Below, piece by piece: positions 29,974 to 41,646 of a stretch of 64,000 nt of DNA. The notes beneath the pieces were generated by a model. That model saw only the letters and a program-made list of their open reading frames with translations. It was not told the DNA's origin and searched no databases. Location: the NCBI GenBank assembly GCA_023705905.1, contig BPTK01000001.1, positions 8,799 through 72,798 on the forward strand, written 5' to 3'. The DNA is from Candidatus Heimdallarchaeota archaeon. GTDB taxonomy: Archaea > Asgardarchaeota > Heimdallarchaeia > Heimdallarchaeales > Heimdallarchaeaceae. Numbering within the stretch: position 1 is the first letter of the stretch; each line of letters begins with the position of its first letter. Both the position numbers and the translations under genes were made by a program.

Positions 29974-31029
29974 TTATGCTGATTCTATAGGATCTAAAGC
30001 TTTAGCTATTTTTCTTTTTAATGAGGAGAGTTTGACAGCTGGAGCTAATGTTTCTTCCCATTTACTTTCATCAATTTTCTTTACATCTAATAAATTGTCT
30101 TTAAGAGCAAACTCGAATAACTCTTTTCCAGCTTTGGTTCTTATTAAAATGATGTTGCAATCATCAGCAACACCAATATTACCAATTGAGATATCTGCAA
30201 ATTCAGCTGCAAAGTCTTGGCAATATTTACATCCCTCTGCTTTAGCACCACTACATTCTTTGATTTTGATATCGGTCGTACCATCAGGATGTTCGAAGAA
30301 GAATTTCCCACGAGCACAATCAGTTTTTGTAAGATCGGGTGTAGAGAGACCTAGACTTTTAGATATAATATCTCTGAAACCATCTGGTTCATAACTGCTC
30401 ATACAAAACAAACCTATTTTGTATTTTACTCTGAAATCTGCTCCAAGGTTTTTCATGCTCACAATATTGGTTAAAGTTTCATTATGACATGGTAGACCAA
30501 CTACTGCAACCTTCTTCTTATCACTTAGTTTAATCGATGGAAGTTTAATAAGAACGGGGTTAAGAGTGTACTTAGATTTTGATGATTTTCGAATATCGAA
30601 CTCAGAAAGTGCCAAGATAGGCACGGGACTTAGTAAATCGCTTCCATGTGTGGTTACAAGTGCGCTGTCAATTTTTCCCTTCTTCATAGCTGTTAAGAGC
30701 AAAGTAGTAACTATACCACCATTTTGTGACCTAGAATGAATATCCTTATCTTTAGTTTTTCCTGTATAAACCTCCAAAATGGGTCCAAGCTCATCTGCAG
30801 GATATGTTGGTTGTTCAACTTTTTGCTTAAATCGCAAACATATATCTACACAAGCTCCGCAGGAAATGCAACCTCCAACAAGCTTAGGCTTTAGTTGCTC
30901 AATTGAAATAACATAAACGGGGCAAACAGCTTCACATCCTCCACAGGAGACACAGTAACCTGGTTTTATTACTTCACGGTTTAACATTGCAAAATTTCTT
31001 TTTCTTTTTCTTGGTTCAGTATTGCTCAT
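29974..31029 (-). CDS. coenzyme F420 hydrogenase/dehydrogenase beta-subunit family protein with two 4Fe-4S ferredoxin motifs
   Basis: CVSCGGCEAVCP and CISCGACVDIC clusters are followed by FrhB_FdhB-like N and C domains (SQNGGIVTTLLLTAMKKGKIDSALV). Confidence 0.6.
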   Translation of the reverse strand: MSNTEPRKRKRNFAMLNREVIKPGYCVSCGGCEAVCPVYVISIEQLKPKLVGGCISCGACVDICLRFKQKVEQPTYPADELGPILEVYTGKTKDKDIHSRSQNGGIVTTLLLTAMKKGKIDSALVTTHGSDLLSPVPILALSEFDIRKSSKSKYTLNPVLIKLPSIKLSDKKKVAVVGLPCHNETLTNIVSMKNLGADFRVKYKIGLFCMSSYEPDGFRDIISKSLGLSTPDLTKTDCARGKFFFEHPDGTTDIKIKECSGAKAEGCKYCQDFAAEFADISIGNIGVADDCNIILIRTKAGKELFEFALKDNLLDVKKIDESKWEETLAPAVKLSSLKRKIAKALDPIESA

Positions 31030-31146
31030 ATCGAATCATCTCTAAGTAAAGATTAGACTGAATAAGTTTAATCTATTTTTAAACTATGCGAGATGGATAT
31101 AAGAAAAAAAATGGTAAAAATTGTTGAAAAATAAAGAAAAAGAAGG

Positions 31147-32307
31147 TTAGACATCTTCAAGTTCACCAAGAAGGTATCTTTCACTACCAGATTGTTTAGA
31201 TTGTATATCCAATTCTCTTTCAGAGATAATCTCTCTTTCTAATCTATCTAGGGCCACTGCATGTGCACTGTAGACTCCGTAACCTTCTGCTTTTGAAACA
31301 TATGTATGACCTTTATCGGTGGATATTCTCAATCTTATTTGATAGAGAACGAAACCTCTAAACTTCTTTTTTGGAATAGATTTTGCGTGAATAAATAATT
31401 GTCCGGAATTACCAATCACAGATGAAAATTTCTTTACAAGATCCACTCCCATTTCAATAACTGATTCCATGTCCTCATCATCAACATCTCCAATTACTCT
31501 CACATAATATCCTTCAGTTTTTGGAGGGATACTTATGGTTTCGAGAAGATCTGTAGTTGTTAAAACTCCAACAGGATGGTTTTCCTCGTTTATGATAATT
31601 AACGTTTTATGATTGTTCTTGTAGAGTTTACTTATAGCTTCGAGAACCAACTCGTTTTCTTTACAACTGACCACTTCTTCAGTCATAATATCTCTAATAG
31701 GAGCTGTAAGAGGAGTTTGTTGCATAGCTGACCTATCACCTCTAGTTTGTTTAGAGGGAAAGGAAGGAATTAAAAGCTCAGCCATATCATGAGGGCTTAC
31801 AATACCTAATAGGTAATTATTTTCATCAACTACAGGTGCCCTTGAGATATTATTTGTCCTAGAAATTGCAATTAACCTTGCTGCTGTAGTATCAGGACTG
31901 ACACAAATAGGATTTGGTGTCATCACATCTTTCACAGTTTTATCTTTAAACAATTCAGCTGAGGTTCTAATGACATCAATATCCCTATAAACACCAATGA
32001 TTTTTCCATCATCTTCAACTGGAACAGTGTTTATCTTTGCAGACAAAAGAGCTCTCGCTATCTCATCAGCAGAGGAGTTCCTCACAACAGTTGGAACTTT
32101 TTGGAGTAAACTGGCTACTTTCGAACCAGATTGTATTCTAGATTGCCTTGTTATATTCTTCTTTGTAAGATAGCCAAAGAAGAGGCCTTTTTCGTCAAAA
32201 ACTAGAACTTCTCGAACATTTTCTTTAAAATATTCAAATACTTTTGATAATGGTTCATCAAGATTGATAGAAGTATACTCAGAAATAATCGATAAATCAG
32301 TACTCAT
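31147..32307 (-). CDS. CBS-domain protein (two CBS pairs) with a C-terminal HPF/RaiA (ribosomal S30AE)-like domain
   Basis: Four CBS-like units carry the spaced (V/I)xD..T(V/I)..D pattern. In the C-terminal 100 aa, YYVRVIGDVDDED ... LFIHAKSIPKKKFRGFVLYQIRLRISTDKGHTYVSKAEGYGVYSAHAVALDRLEREI matches HPF/YfiA (... VAEAESDDMYAAIDLAVDKLERQLRK). Confidence 0.5.
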   Translation of the reverse strand: MSTDLSIISEYTSINLDEPLSKVFEYFKENVREVLVFDEKGLFFGYLTKKNITRQSRIQSGSKVASLLQKVPTVVRNSSADEIARALLSAKINTVPVEDDGKIIGVYRDIDVIRTSAELFKDKTVKDVMTPNPICVSPDTTAARLIAISRTNNISRAPVVDENNYLLGIVSPHDMAELLIPSFPSKQTRGDRSAMQQTPLTAPIRDIMTEEVVSCKENELVLEAISKLYKNNHKTLIIINEENHPVGVLTTTDLLETISIPPKTEGYYVRVIGDVDDEDMESVIEMGVDLVKKFSSVIGNSGQLFIHAKSIPKKKFRGFVLYQIRLRISTDKGHTYVSKAEGYGVYSAHAVALDRLEREIISERELDIQSKQSGSERYLLGELEDV

Positions 32308-32382
32308 AAGCTAATACAAGTTTTTATGGTTATAAAAGATTCTTATAAGTTGAAAGAAAACAGAAGAAAGGGAGAAAGTTTT

Positions 32383-32991
32383 CTAAAGTATGTACTCTGT
32401 TCTAAATTTAAGATGTTCTTCACTATATTGCTTTCCTAATCGCCCAGCATGGTAGAATAGTTTATCAACATTATAAGCTGGAAGAGCTGAAGTTTCAACA
32501 TAGTCAAATCGGTGTAGTTTCGCAAAAGCTATAGCGTCATCACGTGAGACTGCTCGAGCATCTTTCAAATCATATTTATTTCCACACAGAATAATAGGGA
32601 TGTCTGGTACTCTGGAAAGAACTTCATTTGTCCAAATGTCAACATCGTCAAATGAGTTTTGATTAGTAATATCAAAAACTATAATCGCACATGTAGCACC
32701 TACATAGTATTTTGGTCGAAGATAAGTAAACATTTTTTGACCACCTGTATCCCAGCAAGATAATCTGATAGTTTCAGGGTCTGTATATATTTTCTTTAGC
32801 ATATTCTCATTCAATTGTTTTGGTGTAAAGGTTAATGTTTTTGTTAACCAACTTACACCTAATGTTGGTATGTAACTATGAATAAAGGTATTTAGTGTAA
32901 ATCTTCGTGCTAACGAAGTCTTGCCAACAAATGCTGAGCCAACACATATTATTTTTTGTAACTGATTCATCTTTTTATCTCCACAATACAT
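32383..32991 (-). CDS. Ras-superfamily small GTPase (Rab/Ras-like)
   Basis: G1 GSAFVGKTS, G3 WDTGGQ, G4 GNKYDL and G5 ETSAL. The likely start is the MNQLQK at 32970. Confidence 0.75.
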   Translation of the reverse strand: MYCGDKKMNQLQKIICVGSAFVGKTSLARRFTLNTFIHSYIPTLGVSWLTKTLTFTPKQLNENMLKKIYTDPETIRLSCWDTGGQKMFTYLRPKYYVGATCAIIVFDITNQNSFDDVDIWTNEVLSRVPDIPIILCGNKYDLKDARAVSRDDAIAFAKLHRFDYVETSALPAYNVDKLFYHAGRLGKQYSEEHLKFRTEYIL

Positions 32992-33826
32992 CTAATAAAT
33001 CTTGAATCAAATTTAATCCATCTAATCTCTGCCACTCTATTTTTATGGCCATAGGTACTTTCTGAGCAATTATGTACCTTAATCCTTCTTCTCCCATCTC
33101 CTTCTTCAAACAATCTAACATATTGTTAAGAAAATAAATAAATTCTCTCTTGATTTCACTTGTCGTAATTTTCTTTGTATCAACTTCACTTATATCAAAT
33201 CCCTCTTCAAGGGTCAGAGAATAAATTTCCTTCAGATAAGAATAATTTTCATCTAAATACGTTTGTAAATTTTTGCTGAACTTCTTATAAAAATCTTCAA
33301 TTTTCATAGAGTTTCTTTCTTCAATATAACTCTTTATCCCAACCCAGATAGAATTTAAGATGTTTTCAAACACCTCAACCAGATTCCGTTTGTCAATATC
33401 CTCAATATGCAAATCTAAAACATTCCACAACAAAAAAGAGTGAGAAAGTGACTCGGATACTTCACGTCTCCTAATACTTTCTAATTCTTTAAGAAAATCA
33501 TTTGAACTAGTTTCATCTGTAATTTCAAAAGCATTCATAAAAAGTTTCATGAAGAAAAACAATTGAGAAGAAATCATTTCTGTTGAATAATTTGGAGGGC
33601 TCAGTAATACAAACAAGAATGAGAATTTATGTTTAAACAGAATTTTTGTATTACCAAACTTCATAGCTTGAAGTTCATCTAAGGAGGTGTGTTTTTCAAC
33701 TTCAGAGTAAAATTGAAGTAAAAATCTAACTATATCGTCTACCTCTTGATCCTTTTTTTGAATGGTATGGGGACGACAAAAAAGCACTTCCATTTCATTC
33801 TTGTTTACTATGTAGAATCCAATCAT
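32975..33826 (-). CDS. hypothetical protein with a longin-like N-terminal domain; candidate GTPase regulator
   Basis: 283 aa. The N-terminal 110 aa (IGFYIVNKNEMEVLFCR ... FLLQFYSEV ... KFGNTKILFKHKFSFLFVLLSP ... TEMISSQLFFFMKLFMNAF) fit the beta-beta-alpha-beta-beta-alpha longin pattern, followed by a helical domain. It overlaps the downstream GTPase gene by 17 nt. Confidence 0.35.
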   Translation of the reverse strand: MIGFYIVNKNEMEVLFCRPHTIQKKDQEVDDIVRFLLQFYSEVEKHTSLDELQAMKFGNTKILFKHKFSFLFVLLSPPNYSTEMISSQLFFFMKLFMNAFEITDETSSNDFLKELESIRRREVSESLSHSFLLWNVLDLHIEDIDKRNLVEVFENILNSIWVGIKSYIEERNSMKIEDFYKKFSKNLQTYLDENYSYLKEIYSLTLEEGFDISEVDTKKITTSEIKREFIYFLNNMLDCLKKEMGEEGLRYIIAQKVPMAIKIEWQRLDGLNLIQDLLDVLWR

Positions 33827-33951
33827 ATATCTGCACAGCCCTACAATAGTATAATTGATTCACTACGCTTAAAAATTTATATTAAGTATCATATCGAGTC
33901 AATAAGGAAACTTATTATAATAAAAAGGTAAAGAAAAGGAAAAAAAGTTAC

Positions 33952-36147
<2,196 letters not shown>

Positions 36148-36311
36148 TCAGACAATCTTGACCATTTTTCACGCTTATTTTTTCTAAAACTTTAGACTTT
36201 ATAATGGTTTGTTTTATTCCCTATTTTACATAGATAACTTGTAGATTTGGGTATTTAATACCAATGAAATGATTTTGACATAATTCAAAATAGAAGAGAT
36301 TTTTAAGGTTC

Positions 36312-36638
36312 CTAATCTTCTCCAACAGCTAAGAAACCCATATCTTTTGTCATTTTATGTATTCTTCTACGAGTTTTTGATATCCAGCTAACATGAATCA
36401 AGCCCTGATTTTCAAGAGTCATCAGTGCTTTATTTAACTCAGAGTCACTGAAATCACCGTACATATCTTTAAGGGGATTTTCCAAATCGCCCTCCAAGAG
36501 CACGCCACCTCTTTTTTCTAATATTGTTAATATACAAGATTTCAGAGGGGTAACTTTCCACATTCTGTCAGAACCCATAATTGACATACTAGAGTTGAAC
36601 TTTAAATGAGTTTTGATAGATAGAAGCTTCACTCTCAT
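36312..36638 (-). CDS. hypothetical protein, winged-helix-like
   Basis: 108 aa. SCILTILEKRGGVLLEGDLENPLKD ... LNKALMTLENQGLIHVSW resembles a wHTH. Confidence 0.3.
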   Translation of the reverse strand: MRVKLLSIKTHLKFNSSMSIMGSDRMWKVTPLKSCILTILEKRGGVLLEGDLENPLKDMYGDFSDSELNKALMTLENQGLIHVSWISKTRRRIHKMTKDMGFLAVGED

Positions 36639-36726
36639 TTCAGCAATTGGATGTTTTTATTAACTAAAGCAAGATATTTTCAATTTAAAGATATATTAAA
36701 AGCAAAGTTTTTAATACGTACTTTTT

Positions 36727-36927
36727 TTGATGTTTTCAGTTATTATGAACACTCGAAGTAGGATATACCTGATATTCTTTTTGTCTATTGGCATAATTTT
36801 CTTATTAATAGCTATCGTACAAAACCAGATAGAACACTATGCAATTATTAAAGATTTTACTGGCCCTCAAATTGTGGACTTTCTGGATACTTACACTACA
36901 GGTTTTCCAAGACCACCATTTGTATAA
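36727..36927 (+). CDS. small membrane protein (66 aa), possibly a leader or partner of the downstream polyferredoxin
   Basis: A single TM helix (IYLIFFLSIGIIFLLIAIV). It ends 8 nt before the NapH-like gene. Confidence 0.2.
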   Translation: MMFSVIMNTRSRIYLIFFLSIGIIFLLIAIVQNQIEHYAIIKDFTGPQIVDFLDTYTTGFPRPPFV

Positions 36928-36935
36928 TTTAATAG

Positions 36936-37874
36936 GTGAAGACTATGGCAACAAAACAAAAAAAGAATAAAATTTCAGTATTTCTGCGTCCAATAGATGA
37001 ACATAGGATACGAATAATTAGGACTTTGGTCCAAGTTATAAGTTTTGGACTGATAAATGGTGTAGTTTTTGGTTTGGGAAGAATGGCAGTTATCTTACCC
37101 ATCGAATATCCTTCTGGAGGACCATTTTCAACAGTATGGAGCGCATTTGAAGCTCTACAATATGCGATCACATTTGGAATGTTCCCATATCTTGCAGTTT
37201 CAATCTTCCTTCTCGTAGGTTCCATTTTTGGAAAAACATCTTGTGGATGGATATGTCCTTTTGGTGCAGTACAAGATATGATTAGTTATATCCCAACTAA
37301 AAAGAAAAAGGTTTCAAGGCCTACAAACAAAAGCTTAGGCAAAGTAGGATTAGTATTAGTCATCTTTATAGTGGTAATGTCAGTTATTATCGGTGCTTCA
37401 TGGGCTAATTCAGATCCTCACACAAAAACTGCTTGGGGAGCAGGAAGAGATATGCCATTCAGTACTGTAGATCCTGTATCAACTATTTTCGCAACTCTCT
37501 ATTATTATCTTAAATGGGGAATTCAAGGTGATTCTGTTGGCGCAGAGATAGGTCAATGGGAATTCTTATTCTTCTTGCGATTAGCTGTACTAATATTTGT
37601 TTTAGTTATGATAGTTTTTTATCCAAGAGCATACTGCAGATGGTTTTGCCCAACAGGAGTTATATTAGGATTCTTCAGTAAATTCAGCATTTTAGGAATG
37701 AAAATTAACAAAAACAGATGTACAAGTGGTTGTGATGCTTGTGAGAAAGCATGCCCAGTACAAGTACCAATACTTTCATACGACAAGAACATAACGGATA
37801 AGGCTTGTACAAATTGTGGTGAATGTATAGATGCTTGTAAAGAAGGAGCACTTAAATTAACTCTAAGGTTTTAA
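36936..37874 (+). CDS. NapH/MauN-type membrane-bound ferredoxin (4Fe-4S polyferredoxin)
   Basis: 312 aa with TM helices and CGWICPFGAVQD plus CRWFCPTG half-sites. The C-terminus has two CxxCxxCxxxC-type clusters (CTSGCDACEKACP, CTNCGECIDAC). Confidence 0.6.
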   Translation: MKTMATKQKKNKISVFLRPIDEHRIRIIRTLVQVISFGLINGVVFGLGRMAVILPIEYPSGGPFSTVWSAFEALQYAITFGMFPYLAVSIFLLVGSIFGKTSCGWICPFGAVQDMISYIPTKKKKVSRPTNKSLGKVGLVLVIFIVVMSVIIGASWANSDPHTKTAWGAGRDMPFSTVDPVSTIFATLYYYLKWGIQGDSVGAEIGQWEFLFFLRLAVLIFVLVMIVFYPRAYCRWFCPTGVILGFFSKFSILGMKINKNRCTSGCDACEKACPVQVPILSYDKNITDKACTNCGECIDACKEGALKLTLRF

Positions 37875-37901
37875 TTCAAACCTTCTACATTCTTCTTTTC
37901 T

Positions 37902-39149
37902 TTATTTACTTTCAAAAATAAATAATTTCCTTGCGACAACATTATGTTTTCTACCAATCTCGACGGGGAATTTTATATTGAAAAATTTGCTTTCTTCCAA
38001 AGTTGTCAAACCAGTTTTTTCGCATATTGCTTTGACGTTAGGATAGACAGACCTCTTTAGTGGATAATTATATTCAGGCATGATAAAAACTATTCTAGCT
38101 CCATCTTTAAGTAAACTCTTGCATAGAGCTAAAACGCGAGTATAGAGACGTTCTAAACTTTTCATTGTCATCTGTGCTTCCTCAAAGTGAGGTAAGTGTT
38201 TGAGAAAAGGACCCAAATAAGGCTCTGTAACAACACCATCAACCTTTTTCTGAATTGCATCCGTTAATTTCCGAGAATCATGCAGTTGAACTCTCCATTT
38301 TGCTTTCATTTTCTCACGACTGGGGTACTTTTCAGAGAAATGATGAAGGTTAGTTTTTGAAGATCTAACGCACTTTTGATCTTTGTCGACACCTATAACT
38401 TTCATTCCTTGTTTTAATGCCTCAATAAGTATGGTTCCAGTACCACAGAAAGGATCCAACAGTATACCATCATAGGGGATATTAGCTAATGTTACTAATG
38501 TGCGAGCTAATTTGATTGAGGTTCCATGGGTGAAGAAACGCACTGGTCGCTCCTCATCTTGTTTAATATCTTTAAATGGATTTGTTACCCACCTAGTTGG
38601 GCCGAAATAGATTTTTGATTTTACAACAAATAAATTAAGTTCAATGCCTCTTGTTGGAAGATTCTCTTTATTATAATCAAATGGAGTAAGCTCATAAGTT
38701 TCTTTTTTTGTTGGTAGAACCTTTACAGGAAAACGCTTCTCTTGAGAAATATTTTGGATAATTTTTCTTATTTCTTTACTTAGCTCAGTTCTTTGAGTAT
38801 CATCATCAGTTCGAATGTTTAATGACAATTTCAACTGCTTTTGCCGTTTGGGGAGATATTTCAAGAATATTCCATCAATAATTTTTGTCAAGTTGTTATT
38901 CAATTCTTTTTTCTCAGATGTTCCAACTTTGAACTCAAGATTGCCAAATTTGATGATGCTGCCTGTTTGTTCTAGTTTTTTTACAAGTTTCTTCTGAGAA
39001 TTTTTTCCTAAACTCAAAAGAAGATAATCTTTCCAATCTTGATATTTGACTTGTTCAATTCTTAGGGAATCTAAAATTTGAGAAAGTTCTGCTTTTGACA
39101 AATTTCTATTTGAGCCTAGTTTGATAAAAGAATTGAATGAAATAGACAT
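37902..39149 (-). CDS. THUMP-domain tRNA (guanine-N2)-methyltransferase (Trm-G10/Trm11 family)
   Basis: 415 aa. The SAM-MTase motif I LDPFCGTGTILIEA, and motif IV with VVTEPY (D/N-PPY-like). The N-terminal about 220 aa are consistent with ferredoxin-like plus THUMP. Confidence 0.55.
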   Translation of the reverse strand: MSISFNSFIKLGSNRNLSKAELSQILDSLRIEQVKYQDWKDYLLLSLGKNSQKKLVKKLEQTGSIIKFGNLEFKVGTSEKKELNNNLTKIIDGIFLKYLPKRQKQLKLSLNIRTDDDTQRTELSKEIRKIIQNISQEKRFPVKVLPTKKETYELTPFDYNKENLPTRGIELNLFVVKSKIYFGPTRWVTNPFKDIKQDEERPVRFFTHGTSIKLARTLVTLANIPYDGILLDPFCGTGTILIEALKQGMKVIGVDKDQKCVRSSKTNLHHFSEKYPSREKMKAKWRVQLHDSRKLTDAIQKKVDGVVTEPYLGPFLKHLPHFEEAQMTMKSLERLYTRVLALCKSLLKDGARIVFIMPEYNYPLKRSVYPNVKAICEKTGLTTLEESKFFNIKFPVEIGRKHNVVARKLFIFESK

Positions 39150-39248
39150 GATTGTTTCTCCTTATTCCCCCCATATTAATGTTAGCTTTTTATAGAAAAA
39201 TCTAACAAAAATCTGATTTAAACGTGGTCAATCAGTTCTGGAAAACCT

Positions 39249-40286
39249 CTACCCAAAAAAAGCATCCAGACTTTTTTGTTTAAGAGCAGAATCTTGTCCT
39301 TTTCTAGCTTTTGTTAAGGTATTTACTACGCGATCTTTATTGAAACCACGTTCTTCGCACAGGAATTCAGTAACACCCTCTATATCAATCGGTTTGAAAT
39401 CGATAGTGTAATTATCATTTATTTCATGTTTTAAGAAAATTTCACGGATAGCTTCAATATCAATATCAAGTACAACAGATTCTTCATTAGAAATAACATC
39501 CTCCAATGTACCATGTTTCTTGATGAATTTGTAAGCAGTTTTTGGTCCTACCCCTTTTACGCCATCCGGATTGAAATCGGTTCCTATTAGTATGGACATA
39601 TCAACCAGTTGTTCCTTAGTCAACTCCAAAGCTTGAAGCAATTCATGTTGGTGAAAAACTTCTACATTTATTGTGGTATATCGATTAGATTTCGGCAATT
39701 TTCTTCGCCCTGAGAGGGTTAGATTTCTTATAAGTGTAGAAGAGCCAAAAAGTAAACTATCATAATCTTGAGAAGCAACTGCCCAAACCTTCTTCTTCTG
39801 AACTAAATATGCAGCTTGAGCTTCTCCTTCAGTTGGAGCTTCAATAACAGGAATACCCATGTGTTTCAACAATTTTTTACTATCATCAATCATTGATGAA
39901 GTAACAACGCTGGTTCGTTGTGCCACAGTTCTAGCCCGTTCCATATCTCCTCGTTCTAATGCATCATCCAATTCTTCTCTTGCTTTCCGTTTAACTTCAG
40001 ATCTTCTCTTTATTTCTTCTCTTTTTAGTTTGGAAGGGGCACCATCAAATACATAAGCAAGTTGAATTCCTTTTTCCAAGAGTCGAGCATTTCTATAGAG
40101 AAGTCCCGTTAAATGACTTGTTACATAACCCTCTGAATCAGAAAGTAGACCACCATCATATCCTCTAATCGAAGCCAAAAACTGATAGATTATATTTAAT
40201 GCATCAACAGCTAGTTTCTTTTGTCTTAGTTGGTCTAGCTCAATTGGAGTTCCTTTGAACAAATCACTGATTTTCTTTACACCCAT
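39249..40286 (-). CDS. fen: flap endonuclease FEN-1
   Basis: 345 aa. MGVKKISDL ... KKLAVDALNIIYQFLASIRGYDGGLLSDSEGYVTSHLTGLLYRNARLLEKGIQLAYVFDGAPSKLK is highly similar to archaeal FEN-1 N and I domains. The H3TH region is GIPVIEAPTEGEAQAAYL. Confidence 0.85.
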   Translation of the reverse strand: MGVKKISDLFKGTPIELDQLRQKKLAVDALNIIYQFLASIRGYDGGLLSDSEGYVTSHLTGLLYRNARLLEKGIQLAYVFDGAPSKLKREEIKRRSEVKRKAREELDDALERGDMERARTVAQRTSVVTSSMIDDSKKLLKHMGIPVIEAPTEGEAQAAYLVQKKKVWAVASQDYDSLLFGSSTLIRNLTLSGRRKLPKSNRYTTINVEVFHQHELLQALELTKEQLVDMSILIGTDFNPDGVKGVGPKTAYKFIKKHGTLEDVISNEESVVLDIDIEAIREIFLKHEINDNYTIDFKPIDIEGVTEFLCEERGFNKDRVVNTLTKARKGQDSALKQKSLDAFFG

Positions 40287-40352
40287 TTGTTAAACAACCT
40301 GGCAATGACAATAATATTTTAAGATTTAAAAACTTGTTTTCGATAAATGAAA

Positions 40353-41042
40353 TTAACCATATTTTCCAGTGAGTGGGACGAAAGCAACTCCCCCTAGATT
40401 CTTTTCAGAGAAACTTCCATCTTTCTCTTTTGTCATTAATATAAGCTCTTGATAGAAGCTTCTACCAACTGGTAAAACCATTTTCCCACCAATGCCTACT
40501 TGCTCAAGAAGAGGAGGGGGAATCTTCTTACTTGCAGCAGCAATAGATACTATGTCATAAGGAGCATGTTCAGGGAGACCAATCCCCCCATCACCTCCAA
40601 GGATAGAAACTCTATCTGAATATCCAGTTCGTGCGATGTTTTCTTTTGCAAATTCAACAAGTTTAGGTACAATCTCGATAGCATAAACATGCCCTGGATT
40701 TTCACAGCCCTCCGGGGCAACCATTTCAGCAAACATTGCTGCATTATACCCACTCCCAGCGCCTACTTCAAGTATTTTGTCTCCAATTTGGGGATCAGTG
40801 CAACGAGGTGAGATATAAATCATAACCATATGAATAGCACTAATAGTTTGTCCCTCTAGTATAGGAAGAGGAGTATCGATGTAAGCACTCTCTCTATATT
40901 TCTGAAGAACAAATTCCTCACGGGGAACATTCAGAAATGCTTGTTTCATTCTCTCAGTTAATCCAACTTTGTCATATCTTAATCTCGAAAGAACCTTACT
41001 CTTCTCTTGTGAAGCCTTCTCATCTGGCATTGTTACCAACAC
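40353..41042 (-). CDS. pcm: protein-L-isoaspartate O-methyltransferase
   Basis: 229 aa with SAM motif ILEVGAGSGYNAAMFAEMV and the PIMT family layout (QTISAIHMV, VYAIEIVPKLVEFAKEN). Confidence 0.8.
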   Translation of the reverse strand: MLVTMPDEKASQEKSKVLSRLRYDKVGLTERMKQAFLNVPREEFVLQKYRESAYIDTPLPILEGQTISAIHMVMIYISPRCTDPQIGDKILEVGAGSGYNAAMFAEMVAPEGCENPGHVYAIEIVPKLVEFAKENIARTGYSDRVSILGGDGGIGLPEHAPYDIVSIAAASKKIPPPLLEQVGIGGKMVLPVGRSFYQELILMTKEKDGSFSEKNLGGVAFVPLTGKYG

Positions 41043-41284
41043 AATTACTTGTTTAATATATGTACACTATAATGATATCTTTAATTAAATCTTATTGAAA
41101 ATAATGCCGTGAAATTTTCTAGATGTCATGTCTACAATCGCAAGGGTAAAAAACGACAGTGTTTTCTGGATATTGCGGAAACTATCATAAGTTTTTAAAA
41201 ACACTGTGTCCTAACTATATACAGCCTTAATAAGTTATGAAAAGAATAAACTGTAAAGATAGCTGCATTAAAGGAGATTATTGA

Positions 41285-41587
41285 ATGATATCACAAAAAC
41301 AATTTGAAGAGACACTTAAATCTCTCGAATCACATCCCGGAGTTAGAGGAGTGATTATTACTAGCAATGACGGTTTACCAATATCAAGCACACAAAACCT
41401 TAGTATGGAGATGAGAGAAAATGTTTCTGCTCTTGTTGCTTCACTTGTAGGGCGTGCTAAAGCAGTAGTAACAGAACTAGAAGAAGGTCACTTAAACTTC
41501 TTCACACTAGATACAAGTCATGGTGAGATTTTAGTTGCACCTGAAAATGAGTATGTATTGATAGTGTTACGAGATAAAAGGAAATGA
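41285..41587 (+). CDS. Roadblock/LC7 (MglB-like) protein
   Basis: 100 aa. HPGVRGVIITSNDGLPISS ... VSALVASLVGRAKAVVTELEEG ... HGEILVAPENEYVLIVL is the typical Roadblock fold. Confidence 0.65.
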   Translation: MISQKQFEETLKSLESHPGVRGVIITSNDGLPISSTQNLSMEMRENVSALVASLVGRAKAVVTELEEGHLNFFTLDTSHGEILVAPENEYVLIVLRDKRK

Positions 41588-41646
41588 AGAAGAAACCATC
41601 GCAGATATAATGCTGGCATACAATACATTGATGAGGACAAAGCAAG

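Noticed and set aside
36929-37225. 98-aa minus-strand ORF
   Set aside because: It is embedded antisense in the NapH-like polyferredoxin gene, which has clear Cys-cluster motifs.
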